The position numbers and the translations under genes are program-made. From Antedon mediterranea (taxonomy: Eukaryota; Animalia; Echinodermata), in assembly GCF_964355755.1 (NCBI RefSeq), contig NC_092679.1, positions 11,639,432-11,703,431 of the forward strand: 64,000 nt of DNA, given 5' to 3'. How positions within the stretch are numbered: position 1 is the first letter of the stretch; every line of letters begins with the position of its first letter. A model generated the notes under the pieces. That model was not told where the DNA came from. It was given only the letters and a program-made list of their open reading frames with translations, and ran no database searches. Positions 35,983 to 49,339 of this stretch are shown here, piece after piece.

Positions 35983-37528
35983 TCCACTTGTTTATATCTG
36001 TGGGTAAATAAAAGAAAGAATACAACAATAACTCAGTGACGTTACAGAAAGATACATTCTAAATCTTGGTCATTGATGATAAGTTTATGATAAAGTTAGT
36101 AACATAATAAAGAAGAGGCCCATCGACTAGTAATTATCTGGAAGGCGATTGAGGACTGCTCGAGCTAGAAAAAAAGGGGGGCCTTCTTTTGTTCCACATT
36201 TAGTTACTGGCTTTTTAATAAATATATTGTTCGATAAATATTGGGACAATAAGGCTGGTTGCCCATTGTTGTGGAAATTGGCTTGTATTATAAATTGTAT
36301 TATATCATTTTGTTAATAAATAGATTACATTTTGAGTGTATACATAGTGCTGGTAACTAAAAGTCATTCGTAACAGTCTTAATATCAATAATCAATAAAT
36401 ATGTTGATTTTTGGCACTCTGCCTTTTAATTTCAACTCATTTCTACTTTTCTATATATAAATTATGGTTAATTCTGACATAGGCGAGCACAATGGAAAAA
36501 CTTCGGGACAAATCTCCGCTTTGGATACCTACCTGATCTATCTCAGATGTACCGCGAAACGTAGAGTTTACATTATTTTTCACTATTACGATATTATTCT
36601 ATATTTCTATCTTAGGAAGGTATTATACCCGGGTTTTAAAACAAAATTTCTGATTCCATCGGTAGATTTTCAACTGTACGCGGTCGAACTAATTTCCGGG
36701 TTTATGGTGAGTTCACGGGTTCACCTTCTTGGAACTTCCTCTGGTTTCAACTAAGTTAGTCGTTGGTGGCGATAGCAATTTTAGTGTTTTGTTTATTTTC
36801 GGACCGCGCGTGTGAAGGTCCAGTAGTTAGCAAAATAAAAATTATATTGCAAATTAATAAAGATCAAATTGATAAGCTTATTTCAATAACTATGGTACTT
36901 CTGCCCATGTTGCAAGCCGTCTAGAACGTCTTCGTTCTTGAGCCGGAACGGCCCACTCTCTGTCGCGGAAGTTAGTGTCAAAAGATATTTAAACTAAATA
37001 ATGTATTAATTGGGCCCTATACCAATTCGGATGTTGTTTATTTAAATAAACGCTCAACACCTCCCCAATAAAACATGACTTAGAATAACAATCGAACTAT
37101 TATATACATTTTACCAAGCATTTGTTATTCTTTTTTACCACCTTTCATATTAGTGGATTTTATTTGATTATAAATGTTACCATATTATTAAAACTAAACA
37201 TGGCCATATACATGGCTGCAGTCGCGTGCTCAAATTAGTGTTTACTGACCGACATAGTGAGGTTTAGACGTATCCCTCGAATAAGCTCTACCAAACAATA
37301 AACACTATACTTTAAAAAGACACTGTGAAACAGAGTAGGTTTAGTTTTCCGAATATCAATCATTTCAATAATAGTAACCGACCGAAAACGTCAGAAGTCA
37401 GAACGTCATTCTAAAACCGTTCTACACGTCACGAGTCATTATCATTCCGACATCCATTGTCTACACTTCCTAGAAAGGGAGCGAGCGAAGCGAGCTCACC
37501 CTCTAGTACTAATAATTGTTTGTATAGG

Positions 37529-40002
37529 ATGAAATCTGAGGATGCGCCATATGGGCAGTATGGAGATATCAACGCAGACAATAGACTGTCTCGCTTCAAT
37601 AAGTGTTTGACAGATAGCATCAGTACGACTGAACGGATTGCACACTACGATAAGTGGTCAAACACTTATGATGAGGTATTGTTTTGTGAATTAAAAATTT
37701 AAATAAAAGGGTCGGGAAGATAATAAAAAAACATACTAACATTTTATTAAGCACTTGAATATGCACAGGTCAAATGTTTCGACCAAAGATTTTATATAGC
37801 TGGTGTGTCGACATGCATGTTGTTAGACACGGTACGCACTCAGTATGTTGCCATACCAGGAGGTGAATGGTGATACCTAAATACGCGCGCAAATAAACTG
37901 TGCGAAACTTGATTCCCACACTAGGACGTAACACAAGGACGCAACGCAAGCGTGTTTACCAATGACAAACGACAGAATTGGTAAAATTAATGTTGTTGCG
38001 CTGACGATGTTGTTGCGTTGCGTCCTAGTGGAAAACAAGCATGCCAGTACATATCATAGTCATGCTTTTACTGGTTGAGCCACGTCCTTATTGGCCCAGC
38101 TTGCATCCAATAAGACATCATAAATTCATCATTATTGTGATTTTGATTTGAATGGTTTTTTTTTTCATGCTAAAACATTAAAATAAACAAGATAATTTAG
38201 CAATAATACTGAAGTGATACTTTAGTGACACGAAACCAACAGAAATATCAACATTAACATCGTCTGCTCACGACGTCTATATAAAATGTGGTGCTAAAAG
38301 CCTTTCGTATTCCATTTTCACGAATTACACATTTTGTTTATAAGGACATGAGGTCATATGGTTTTACTGGACTGGAGATAACTTTTGAATATATGAAGAG
38401 GTATTTTACAGACATACATGCAAAATACCTGGATTGTGGATCTGGTACTGGTCTTTTAGGTGTGCATGTAAGTGTTTGTTATCTCAACGATTAAAACAAT
38501 TTTCACATATCACTGATAATCTATCTGCATTGGATTTCAAAATGGCGCCTATTTTGAGATATTTGTAACAATTTTATTTTGCTAACATGATTGGTACTTG
38601 TCTGGTCATCCACACATATTTATTGTTTATACTGTATGTTATTTTTTTGTTTAATGTATGAAACAAACAAAAAAGTATGAAACAAACAAACAAAATCAGC
38701 CTCACGATAATCTACTGCAGCCAATATCATGTAACTCTGACGCTAGAGCTGTGCAAACTTGGATTTATTAAAGAAATCATGAAAATCGCATCGTTTAGTC
38801 CAGGCGTAGCAAAAGTTATAATAATCTTATTTTAAGTTCACCCAGATTACTGTGTATTTTATCTTAATGTAAATTGTTAATGTTGAAACACGCCTTCAGG
38901 CCTGGCTAAAGTACAAGATTCATCATCTACGTCAATTTTTGTTCTTTTTTTCTATTCTATTCTATGTTGACTAGATTAAGGAGTTAGGGTACACAGACTT
39001 CCACGCAATCGATGCATCGAGTGTGTCACTCGAGAAGGCAAAATCTCGACAAGCATATTCTAAACTTATTCAAGAATTGATTACTGCAGAAGAAAAGCTC
39101 AGCATGGAGGCAGGTAAAAAAGTGTTAGAAAGGCGATGGGGTAGAAGCATTATAAAGTCAATGACAAATTGTATGAAAATGTTCTACTTTTTTTGTCTTA
39201 AAGATACATATGATGGTTTGGTAAGTCTCGCATGTTTTGCATCCGGGCATTTAGAACCAGACTGTGTTGAAGATTGGTGTCGTATTGTTAAAAAAGGTAG
39301 GCCTACTACGTAGACAATGATTCGCATTTATTATTTTGTAACAATATCTGAGCAGTTGAATCTGAGCAGTTTTAACCCAGTTTCTCCTTCTTGTCCTCCT
39401 TCTTTTAACCGTCTTTCTAAGACATTCAGTATCATTGACTTGTTGTTGACATTCATAATAATATAGTGCAACGACTTCTACTTTTTTACTTTAGGAGATC
39501 ACCATCAAAATGTAATTTTAAACTAATATGTATTTTAATAATTTATAGTTTTATACCAATGGTATGAAATATTAACATTATGGAAACATAAAACAACTAA
39601 CTCCCAACTGAAGTTTCGGTGAAATGATTTTTTCTCCGCGTCTGATCGACGTTTTTGTTGAATCGTCGGCGCGTACTTTCGGCTAACTGCATCTTCAATA
39701 GCAGCCTATTCATTATCAAATTAAATGAAATAAGATGTTTTATAATGTTTGTATTGTAATTTATATTATTTTTCTGAATAATTGATTTAACAATTGTTTT
39801 ATTATCCTATTTAGGTGGCATTGTGTTAATTGTAATGAATCAACGATGGCTATTTCATGAGCCATCTTACAACGAAGGGAAGCTTGAAGCTGCCTTCCAG
39901 AAACGTGTCAATGAAGGCAAATGGGAGTTAGTTGTTAGAGAACAGAGAGATAAATATTTTACAAATGATGTAGCAGAAGTGTTTGTTTTCAAAGTGAAAT
40001 AA
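37529..40002 (+). CDS. METTL27: METTL27/WBSCR27-like class I SAM methyltransferase, complete, 229 aa
   Basis: Exons 37529-37675, 38345-38467, 38975-39113, 39204-39296 and 39815-40002, all GT-AG, total 690 nt. Motifs YDKWSNTYDEDM, motif I YLDCGSGTG, AIDAS, RIVKKGG. Confidence 0.9.
37905..38042. mobile_element. Small hairpin MITE (Harbinger-like family, related to 61157)
   Basis: CCCACACTAGGACGTAAC...GTTGCGTCCTAGTGGAAAAC. Confidence 0.55.
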
Positions 40003-40657
40003 AGAAATCTACATACACAAAAAACGAAATTTATATATCTTCCAAATGACTTTCATGGGCTATTTATCTCTCTGTCTGGTTTTTACTGTTTAAAGTATAT
40101 TGAGATGCAAATAAATAAAAGCCAATCGATCTAAATCTATTTTTAGCCAGTAAAGTTCTTTAAATAAATGATACACATGATCAAACAATTAATTTAAAAA
40201 ACAAAGCTTGGCTGCTTTATTTTGCAAAACTTGAAGACGTTTGATTTATTTTTATGATGAATGTCCCTCTTCTTTGTGAATTGAAATGAATAATTAATGC
40301 ATTAACATGCAGCACTGGTTAAAAGTACAAATAATGTTGATATTATTCTGTATATCGGTATTTCGAACTTAAAAAGGTTGCCTATTAGGCTAAGTCCTTA
40401 TCGTTTTAACATCGGTATAGATGTAAATGGATATCAATTGCCTGATACAAATTATCCAAATAAGTAATTACTTACTTAATTAAAAAAATATTGTTATAGC
40501 TACACAGATGACAAGACTTTATTTTTTGGTAACAACGCTTTAATTTTAAATGTTTTTAAAATCACTAACATCATTATCATCATCATGTGCACTTTAAAAA
40601 AAGAAACACATCCATCACTTTCTAGTTTCGGTTCTATAATTAAGCCCCATAGAGTTT

Positions 40658-41452
40658 TTAGTCGCGTGGAAGCGACTCTATAGTTCACTATGTCGGTCGG
40701 TTGGTCGGTCTGTCTGTCTGTCTGTCGGTCCGGTATCACTATGCGTTTTATCGCTTTCTGACCTTATCTTGATATCAGTTTAATCTAGCTAGGTAAATTT
40801 TTCACAGTATATTCCTTATGGCCAGGAATCAATGTGGTTAAGTTTTCACGGTGCGCAATAAAAAATTACGCGGTCTACGCACGATTTAACGAAATCACGT
40901 TTGTAATCATATCTTCACAACCATGAATCACAATTAAATAAAATTTGGTACTCATAAATTTCAGGGCATAAATCATCATACGGCAATACAATTACGTGCG
41001 TAGCGCATGTAACGCATGCGTACGCGCGCTTAAAATTTTCAAAATTTATTTTCGATGAAATAAGAGTACGTTTCAGGCAATTTTAAGCGTTTACAAAATT
41101 GCCATGAGTGCGCATATTTTTGCGCGCGCACTGCGCGTTAAATGTTATTGCGCACTCTTTTTGCCCGATTTCTGTTTTCTTGACTTACTTTTCAACTCGA
41201 AATTACGTTATACGAGCACGTCAAAAGTGACAGGCTACACACGTGTAAATTAAAAAAATATAGGCCTAAATGTTTTTAAACATTTCAACATTTTTAAACA
41301 TGTTCAGTAATTTCGGTCAGTATAGTTCACTATGTCGGTCGGTCGGTCTGTCTGTCTGTCGGTCTGTCGGTCTGTCTGTCGGTCTGTCGGTCTGTCTGTT
41401 GGTCCGGTATCACTATGCATTGTAACACGCGACTTAATGGCTGTTGGCCTTG
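40658..41452 (+). mobile_element. Helentron-type HINE/DINE-1-like element
   Basis: Subterminal IRs AGTCGCGTG/CACGCGACT, two (GTCT/GTCG)n microsatellite blocks and a 3' GGC..GCC hairpin, inserted in a T-run. Absent at the equivalent site of the copy-1 flank (about 5695). Confidence 0.8.
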
Positions 41453-43269
41453 TTTTTAAATAGCCTCTGCATTTGAAATCCTGGATATGCTATTGATTTT
41501 GCTCATTTTCCATGATGAAAAGAAAACTCACTACACTTCTGCACATGGTCACATTATGTTCTGCTGCCCCGATACCCACGTACGATTATTCCAACATAAT
41601 AAACTGATATTATTTTACCCAAGTGACAGAATTAGACTTTCAAACGATGGACAGCAGTGGTTAAATTATTATTTGGTTTGATCATTACTGTAGACCTAGA
41701 GCCATTGTTAAATACGTGCACAAAAGACCTTCTTAGAATAATAATGTCTGGCGCACTTTCCATCACCGCTGTAATCAGTATGCTATCGCATTGAACCACT
41801 AGATCGTGGTTGATAACGTATCGTTCATTAACATAATTATTCAATCTATTATGCATCAGAGCGTACGTTCATAACAAGAATTCATATTAAGTACTTTCAA
41901 CAATGATTCGGATAGCAAGCATAAGCGGTAAGTATGTATCTCTATTGTAAAGCTTATTAGACATATCTAAAACTGAAAGTATAGCCTACTAGTTGGGGCC
42001 TGGTAATAAAGGTAAATTCAACATTTCATTTATCCTTCCAGAGTTGAGGTTATGGTTTCGCATGGGTTTTTCGTCTTATAAATTCGGTTTAAAAACAACA
42101 TATTGCGTGTCCAATTCAATAGCGTGTTATATTTATGAAGATACGTAAAAAAAACCATATGTTGTTTTTGAGAGATCCATTCGTTCATACAAGCTCTGTT
42201 AAGAGTTTCTTTTATATTGTAGGAATATCATTTATAGGTTTCATGAATATTATCACCATTTACACAAATTTTTTATCGCGCTAGCATATGGACGCCAGAG
42301 GGGTATTTATCGTACAAGTTCAAATGTTTCTGATAATTCACAGGCTGATATAAATTTGATACACACAAAAACGTAATTCAGGAAACCAGAAGCGGATTTT
42401 AATATCTTATATTTATTTCTATTGTTGAAAGATTTAGTACTCTCTGTTATTTTAAAACAAAAGCAGTGATGAATTTCCTGTGTTTGTCACCATGGCAATC
42501 CAACCACAAAATACAGAGCTTCGTAAATGAAAGAATTTATCTGTGGCTGCGACACGATCAGTTCCACGCGCCGCAGAGAATATGTACATATAGTAGCCTG
42601 CCTGACTTGTTCTTATAACATCTCACATGTAATGGATGTTCTTCTACAATGTTACTTAATTTACTTGGGACCTGTTTTCATAAAGATATCTTAAATCAAT
42701 AACAGTACAACCAATTATATTTGAATCTTAGTAATTTTAACGAGACCTTTCTCTATAGTGTGTGTGTTTCATTTAAATTTTTATAAATTAGACTATTTAA
42801 AGTATATGCAACCCAAATTTCAAATTTCGTTGGGTTGACAATAAATAATGATATGATATGTATATATATACATTTCGCTGGTTACTACAAAGTCATTTCG
42901 ACTAGCATAGAGCCGGCCCGTATCAAAGTACAAACAATTAGGCCTACTTTTGATTATTAATTTGTTAGGCGTGTGAGATAAACCACATGGCTACCAAATA
43001 ATATCAATTAAGGCCCAACCTTATTTTTTATAATATTATTGATAAAATAGCAAATTGTCAACGATGCGGGCGATTTTTTAAAGAGTCCAGAGTAATGTAA
43101 CATTAGCGCACATTTATATTATGATAAACGCATAATCACTTTACATATTGGTTAAAATATTATTACTACTAATAAAGATAATGAAGGTAAATCCAACTAA
43201 AATAACAACCTCTACCGACATCATTTTTGTTTTGCATTTGTTTTTAAAATAGGTATATTGCGTTTAAAG

Positions 43270-45502
43270 ATGCCATTTCACATTGTAATGCTGACGTTTT
43301 TAGTTTTGATTGGTGGAGATTATTGTCGATTATCGTCAGCGGAAGAGCACTCTAGGTTTCACGATAAAGACATTGTTAGAGACGAAGAGTAAGTTTTCTT
43401 TGTTATTTTAAAACTGTTTATTTTATGAGATAAAATTGAAACATTATTTATCCGAAATTTATTAATTCATTCCGAATTCATTAATTAATTCCGAAATTCA
43501 CCACGTCTCAAACAGGTTCAAAACTAACAAACTCTCATTAAATATTGATAAAACTAACTTTATTCACTTCTCAAATCTAAAGAAACCCCTATCGAAATCT
43601 TCATGTTTTAATTAGGCAAGTTGATCATACTCAAATGGAAGCTGACAAAAAACTGAACTAGAAGCGTCACATTAATACAATCTCTCGATCTATAGGTATA
43701 ATAACAACAATAACAAACTCAAATTTATTTTCCCTCAAAACATCTTACTTTCCCTTTATAATACCCTTATTGGTACATAGCTTTTTATCCCACCGTCTAA
43801 ACTTTAATAACATATTCGCAAACATATTTTCCTTCTATTTCATATTGATTTTTAAAAAAAACAAATCATGTATTTACAAACACATTATTTTTTACTTTAA
43901 CATGATTTTGGTTTTAAATTATTCATCAAACATATGATTATTTCATTATCATCATTACTAGCAAACAAAGTTATTGTATTTTCATTCATTGTTATAAACA
44001 ATATACAGAGTATACTCTATACTACTATATCAGTCGGCTTAAGCCCTTCATTTTAAAATTGAGAAAATAGAACATCGCCTAATCAAAATCCAGAAGTTTA
44101 CACACACTTTATCACATAACGCAGTTTTAACGCTTACACGGCTATGTTGGTATTATTTGGTATGGTTTTACCATTTGCAACCGTTTTAGACCATTTTGAG
44201 CATTTTGATTAAACTTTCCACACACAAATATGTGTAGTACTACATAATCAATTTTCAGACTTCACTAATTAATATTCTTCTATATTCTTATGTAAAAAAG
44301 TGCATTACCAACCATAACAATTTACTAAATTCATAACAATTGCGTAAACCTTTTTTATAGTCATATCAAGGAGCATCTTCAACAAGAAATGGACATTGAC
44401 ATTGAAGAGAAGATGTCGGATGAAGAGCTAGAGTTTCATTATTTTAAGTAATATAACGTTTGAATTATTACCTCCGCTTAATTATTCTTTACTCACAGAT
44501 TTATGCTCTTGTCTTAATTCTTCACCTCCTATATTTCTTTATTCTTACCAATAATATTAAATTGTTGAATGGTGTTTTTCACCAACAATTACTATTTTGT
44601 ACATTGCTAGTCAAATATTTCATAATGGTATGAGAAAAAAAATAGATAACGTATAATACTGTAATTATACGTAATACACAACGATAACAACTTTCCTTTT
44701 ACAGATTACACGATTTTGATAATAATACCAAACTAGATGGCCTAGAAATACTCAATGCGATCTCTCATGTATTGCCGTTTGAACCAAAATCACCAGAAAC
44801 AAAAACTGAACAGCAGATATTAGACGAAAAAATGGAATATTTTGCAGGTTGGTTAGCTATTCTGTTACATAGATATTGGCATATATCAGAAGGAAATCTG
44901 TTTTTAGGGAAGGTCACAGAAGCTTGAAATATTTATTTAGATACCGTAAAACCTAAAAAAAAAGCCCAATGAGCTGCTTTTCGAAAAGAAGCCCTTCTTG
45001 CAAAGAAGTCCCCTCTTTGATCTGCAAAAGTAATCTTGAAACGAAGCCCATCCCGAAATCCACTGGGCTTCTTTTCAAGATACTATGGCTTCTTTTCGAG
45101 TACGGTATCAAAGGAACAAGATGAATTAATGCCAGATACAGATATAATAACGAGTATCGTACATTCATTTAACAATTAAAATGGTATTTTGATCATAAAT
45201 ATGTAAAATTGACATGTAATGTCTAAGAAAACCCTATTATTGTAGAGAGATTCACAAACTTTCATATCAAAAAGTCCTCTTTTCGAGCTTTTACTGTATG
45301 TTGCATCATAAAGATAACTCACACTTGTTCCGTGATAGCTTTGAGTCTAAATAATTCAAACAATTAGTTTATATTTCTTTATTTTGCAGAAGTTATTGAG
45401 CAAGTTCTTCAGGAAGATGACTACAACAATGATGGTTATTTAACTTATTTAGAATACGTTTTATCAAGACGTAGAACGGATCGCCAAGATAGAAATAATT
45501 GA
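43270..45502 (+). CDS. MCFD2: MCFD2-like secretory-pathway EF-hand protein, 153 aa
   Basis: Exons 43270-43388, 44361-44447, 44705-44847 and 45390-45502, total 462 nt. Signal peptide, HIKEHL, FHYFKLHDFDNNTKLDGLE (EF1), DDYNNDGYLTYLEY (EF2). Confidence 0.88.
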
Positions 45503-45829
45503 GTTCAATCTTGACTTATGCTTTATAGTCCACCAGTATGAAAGTATATGTACGTTTTTATCAGGCAGTATTTGCCATATATATCCGGACTGTATCATCT
45601 TTATTTCAGTTTCATAAAATAAAAACACAATATTTTAAGCATTAAAATCTTGCATATTAAATCGGTTTACAAAATAGTGAATTATATTGTTCAATAGACG
45701 TTTTTAAACTTCATCATTAAAATCCTGCTGTGGTTAATAATTTTGTTTAAATAATTTTTTAATACAAACAATCCCGGAATTGCAAAAAAATAACCTTTCT
45801 AAAATCAAGATTGACCAGAATAATGGTCG

Positions 45830-48792
45830 AGGAGTGTCTTGAAGCTGTGCCGATTTGCGGTGCCCCTGCCAGTCGACTAATATTTTGGTCCATGTCAAAG
45901 AATATGTTCATGTTAAAATAATACAGAGTGTGCTATTTAATATATCGATGGAAGATAAGCTTTTGTGACATGACCAATATATCAATTTTCATTAAAATCA
46001 ATAGGCATGTTCTGACAGTAAGTATATACCTATGGACAGAATGAAATAAAAAAATGACTAAAAAACTAATTATCAACTAACAATAGTCTCATTTGACTAA
46101 CAATGGAACATCAACGCGAAAAACAAAAGGGTGGATTTTAAAAGAAATAGCTTTTTTAAACTACTCGTATTAAAAAGGTGGTACATTAAATCAAGTTATG
46201 TTTTGAAATTACAAATCACAAATTATAACCTTTGCCTCTTGTCCAAAAATAAGGTTTTTTGGACAAGTAGTTCTCGAGAAAATGCAATTTCAGTTTACTT
46301 GTTACTTTAAGACTGCTCACCGGCTTTTGAAAATAATTGTCTCCTATCTTTTAACACTAGCCGGTCAGACAATAATATCATTTTTGTTATTTGTGAAGTT
46401 ATTAATAAACCAATTTTGTTGATTTTCAATAGGCATGGTCTGAAAGTATATACCTATCTACACCCAAATTCAGAACGATAACTTGAAAAGTGTAGGCGCT
46501 ATCGTGCTAACATACATACAAACATACATACAAACATACATACAAACAAAGTAAATACTATACTTGGCAAAATTCTTTTTGCCAAGTAACAAAGTGAATA
46601 CTATACTTGGCAAAATGAATTTTGCCAAGTAACAAACACACACACACACACACGCACCAACGCACCCAATCCCCCACGGGATCCAGTCAAGTCGCCCCAT
46701 CGCAAAGTCGCCCCATACAAAGTCGCCCAATACAAAGTCGCCCCATCGCAAAGTCGCCCCAAAACAAAGTCGCCCCGGCACAGTCGCCCCATCTCAAAGT
46801 CGCCCCATTACAAAGTCGCCCCATCGCAAATTCGCCCCATCGCAAAGTCGCCCCAACGCAAAGTCGCCCAATCGCAAAGTCGCCCACGGTTTTAATCATA
46901 TCGGTTGCGTTTGATATCGATTGCGTTGTTACTTTGGTCGCGCTAAATGTCGTATACATTAATGTTTATCCTATTATATACATAATATGTGTTTTAATTT
47001 GTATTTTACAGGTTTTAATGGAGTGATGTGCTTTTTAAAAATCATTAAAAAAATAGTCCCTTGTTTGAAAGTTTTAAAAAGATTATCCCTGATTTATAGT
47101 TTCGAAAATGTTAATTTAATATGATTTTAAAATTAGTTACCAGAGCCACAATTACAATTTCTTCAACCTACGCGATACCAGCTCATTTTTTAGGATAATA
47201 GCCTATAATAAATGTATAAATGTGTAGAAGGCCTTCGTATAGATTTACAGTAGTTAAAACAATAACAGTGTTGTAAGACGAGTGTTATAGGCTACTTATT
47301 GATCATTTTGCATTTATTGACAAGTTATGTGTCTTAATTTTATAATGACTTTTCAAAATGAATATGATTGTTTTACATGCAAGTATTAGTAAAATTAAAA
47401 CGCGACATTTTGACCATGGAAAAACCATCGTACAGTATCGTGTGCGTGTTTTTTAAAAAGGTGAATCCCCGACGGTCAGCAGAAAGACGTAGCAGCTATG
47501 AGGAAACAGATACCAGAAGGCGCAGCTCCGATTGGATTCAGAGAATGTTTCAGATGGCGAGTCGCCTTTTATTCAACAGCACAATGATCATTTTACTAAA
47601 GAAATTTTTTTCAATCCTTTTGGTTATAGAACATTCTAATTATAATGCCTAATAAATATCCTCATATCAGGTGTTTATTTAATTTTAAATTAAACAAGAC
47701 AGTGAAGAGGCACGGAATAATACGTACACGGACGTACGACAAATACACACACGCACGTTATCATTTACGACATATAGTGGCGATATGATGCAATTTTATA
47801 ATGGGATATAATGATGGGATTGCCTTTCCAGGAGTCTTACAATCAATGTTCACTGTAATACTATGTATATAATAGTAAACTGAATGTTTATAAATAAATT
47901 GTTTTACGTAATTTGTTGCATATAAAATAAAAGACACAGACGTAGCCTACGTTTCCTATAAAATATTTCACGTTTAAATAATTATGTACTGTTAAATGAC
48001 ATTATGCTGGATAATACTATATCTTAAACTATGTTTATAAATTGTAATTTTTTAAGCCACACATCTTTCTCATCATAGGCCTACTGACCTGTAAAATAAA
48101 AACAAAAATCAATTATTAATATAGGCCTAATAATAATAATAAATATTCATCGACCAAAGTAAAAATAATCTAGATCGTATAACATCATTTTATCGCGACC
48201 GATTTCGAACGCGACTGATGATATCATCGTAAAACTCTGGCGGGGTTTCCCCATCTTCAGATGGTGCGTTGTAGAGTGCGACAACGGCAACGGCGGAGTA
48301 ATTACGGGGGTTTCCCTCTGGTAAGCTAGCACGTTAGAGTGTGCGACCGCGGAGTGCGACCGAGTGATTAGTCGGGGGCTTCCTCTCTGATATGGGGGTG
48401 CGTGCCGATCGTGTGACCTGAGACTACATGGCGGGGCTTCCCCTTTTATGCCTACACGTTCTGTGTTATTTTGTGTATCATTGCAACATTTTACGCACTT
48501 GTAAACTATTTTTTAACGTTTTGGGGCGACTTTGCGATAGGGCGACTTTGTGATGGGGCGACTTTGCGATGGAGCGACTTTGTGTTGGGGCGACTTTGCG
48601 ATGGGGCGACTTTGCGATAGGGCGACTGTGTCGGGGCGACTTTGTTTTGGGGCGACTTTGCGATGGGGGCGACTGTGTAAGGGGCGACTTTGTATGGGGC
48701 GACTTTGCGATGGGGCGACTTGACTAGCATCCGCAGCCACCCACCCACACCAACACGCGATCGATTACACATACCTCCTTGGCGGAGGTAAA
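45830..48792 (-). mobile_element. HINE-type element(s) related to 3353-3976, interrupted by a Mutator-like element
   Basis: 5' end TTACCTCCGCCAAGGAGG on the minus strand at 48792. 46060-46360 is the reverse complement of about 3580-3810. The 3' boundary is approximate. Confidence 0.55.
46678..48732. mobile_element. Foldback/Mutator-like non-autonomous element with AAAGTCGCCCC subterminal repeats
   Basis: Inverted arrays of 16-17-bp units. Ends GGGATCCAGTCAAG / CTTGACTAGCATCC. No TSD match. A second copy starts at 63053. Confidence 0.8.
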
Positions 48793-48802
48793 CAATACCA
48801 AG

Positions 48803-48872
48803 AGAGCCCTTGGTCTGGTTAGAACATCTGCATATCAAGCAGAAGGTTCCGGGTTCGAGTCTCGGTCCGGTC
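48803..48872 (+). mobile_element. tRNA-like SINE head or pseudo-tRNA
   Basis: TGGTCTGGTTAG (A-box-like) and GGTTCGAGTC (B box). No proper acceptor stem. Confidence 0.45.
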
Positions 48873-49339
48873 TCTTTATAAATAAGGTTAAGTTCAGCTT
48901 AGGCAAAAATAATATTTTTATATTATAAGCAAATATTGATAATGCCAAACCTTATTTTTAGCACAATTCGCTGATTTCACAACAGATGCTATAATGCCGT
49001 TTTGGCGTGCCATGAACTTGTTGTTTGTTGTTGTGTTTTATAGAAACATCCGGGATGTCGAAATGGGCGTGTGACGTCGCGTTTAAATGCCAAGAGAGAG
49101 ATGATGCTGTGGGATTTTCCCTAGGCCTAGTCGTAAGATTAAAAATAATTATAAGGTTTCTCTAGATAAATGACTATCTATGTAGAATGGAAATTGTGGT
49201 GAGTTTTTTGGTTTTCCAAAGACGCCTATGCCTAATTAATACTTAATAATAAGCTAGGCCTAGCAAGGTCAGGTATAGCTTGGTAGGCCGCCTAAGTTAA
49301 GGGCCTACTAGCCTAGCCCCCTAGCTAGTAGCTAGCTAG

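Noticed and set aside
36400-36990. CpG-rich patch with ETS-like CCGGAA/CGGAAGT motifs as the METTL27 promoter
   Set aside because: Plausible by position but cannot be distinguished from a repeat fragment without transcript data.
46470-47026. Repetitive ORFs (QSRP/KVAP/WGDF types) here and at 48506-48838 and 63025-63313
   Set aside because: They are translations of 16-17-bp subterminal repeats that are open in several frames, not proteins.
48803-48872. Functional tRNA gene
   Set aside because: A B box is present but there is no convincing acceptor stem or cloverleaf; more likely a SINE head.
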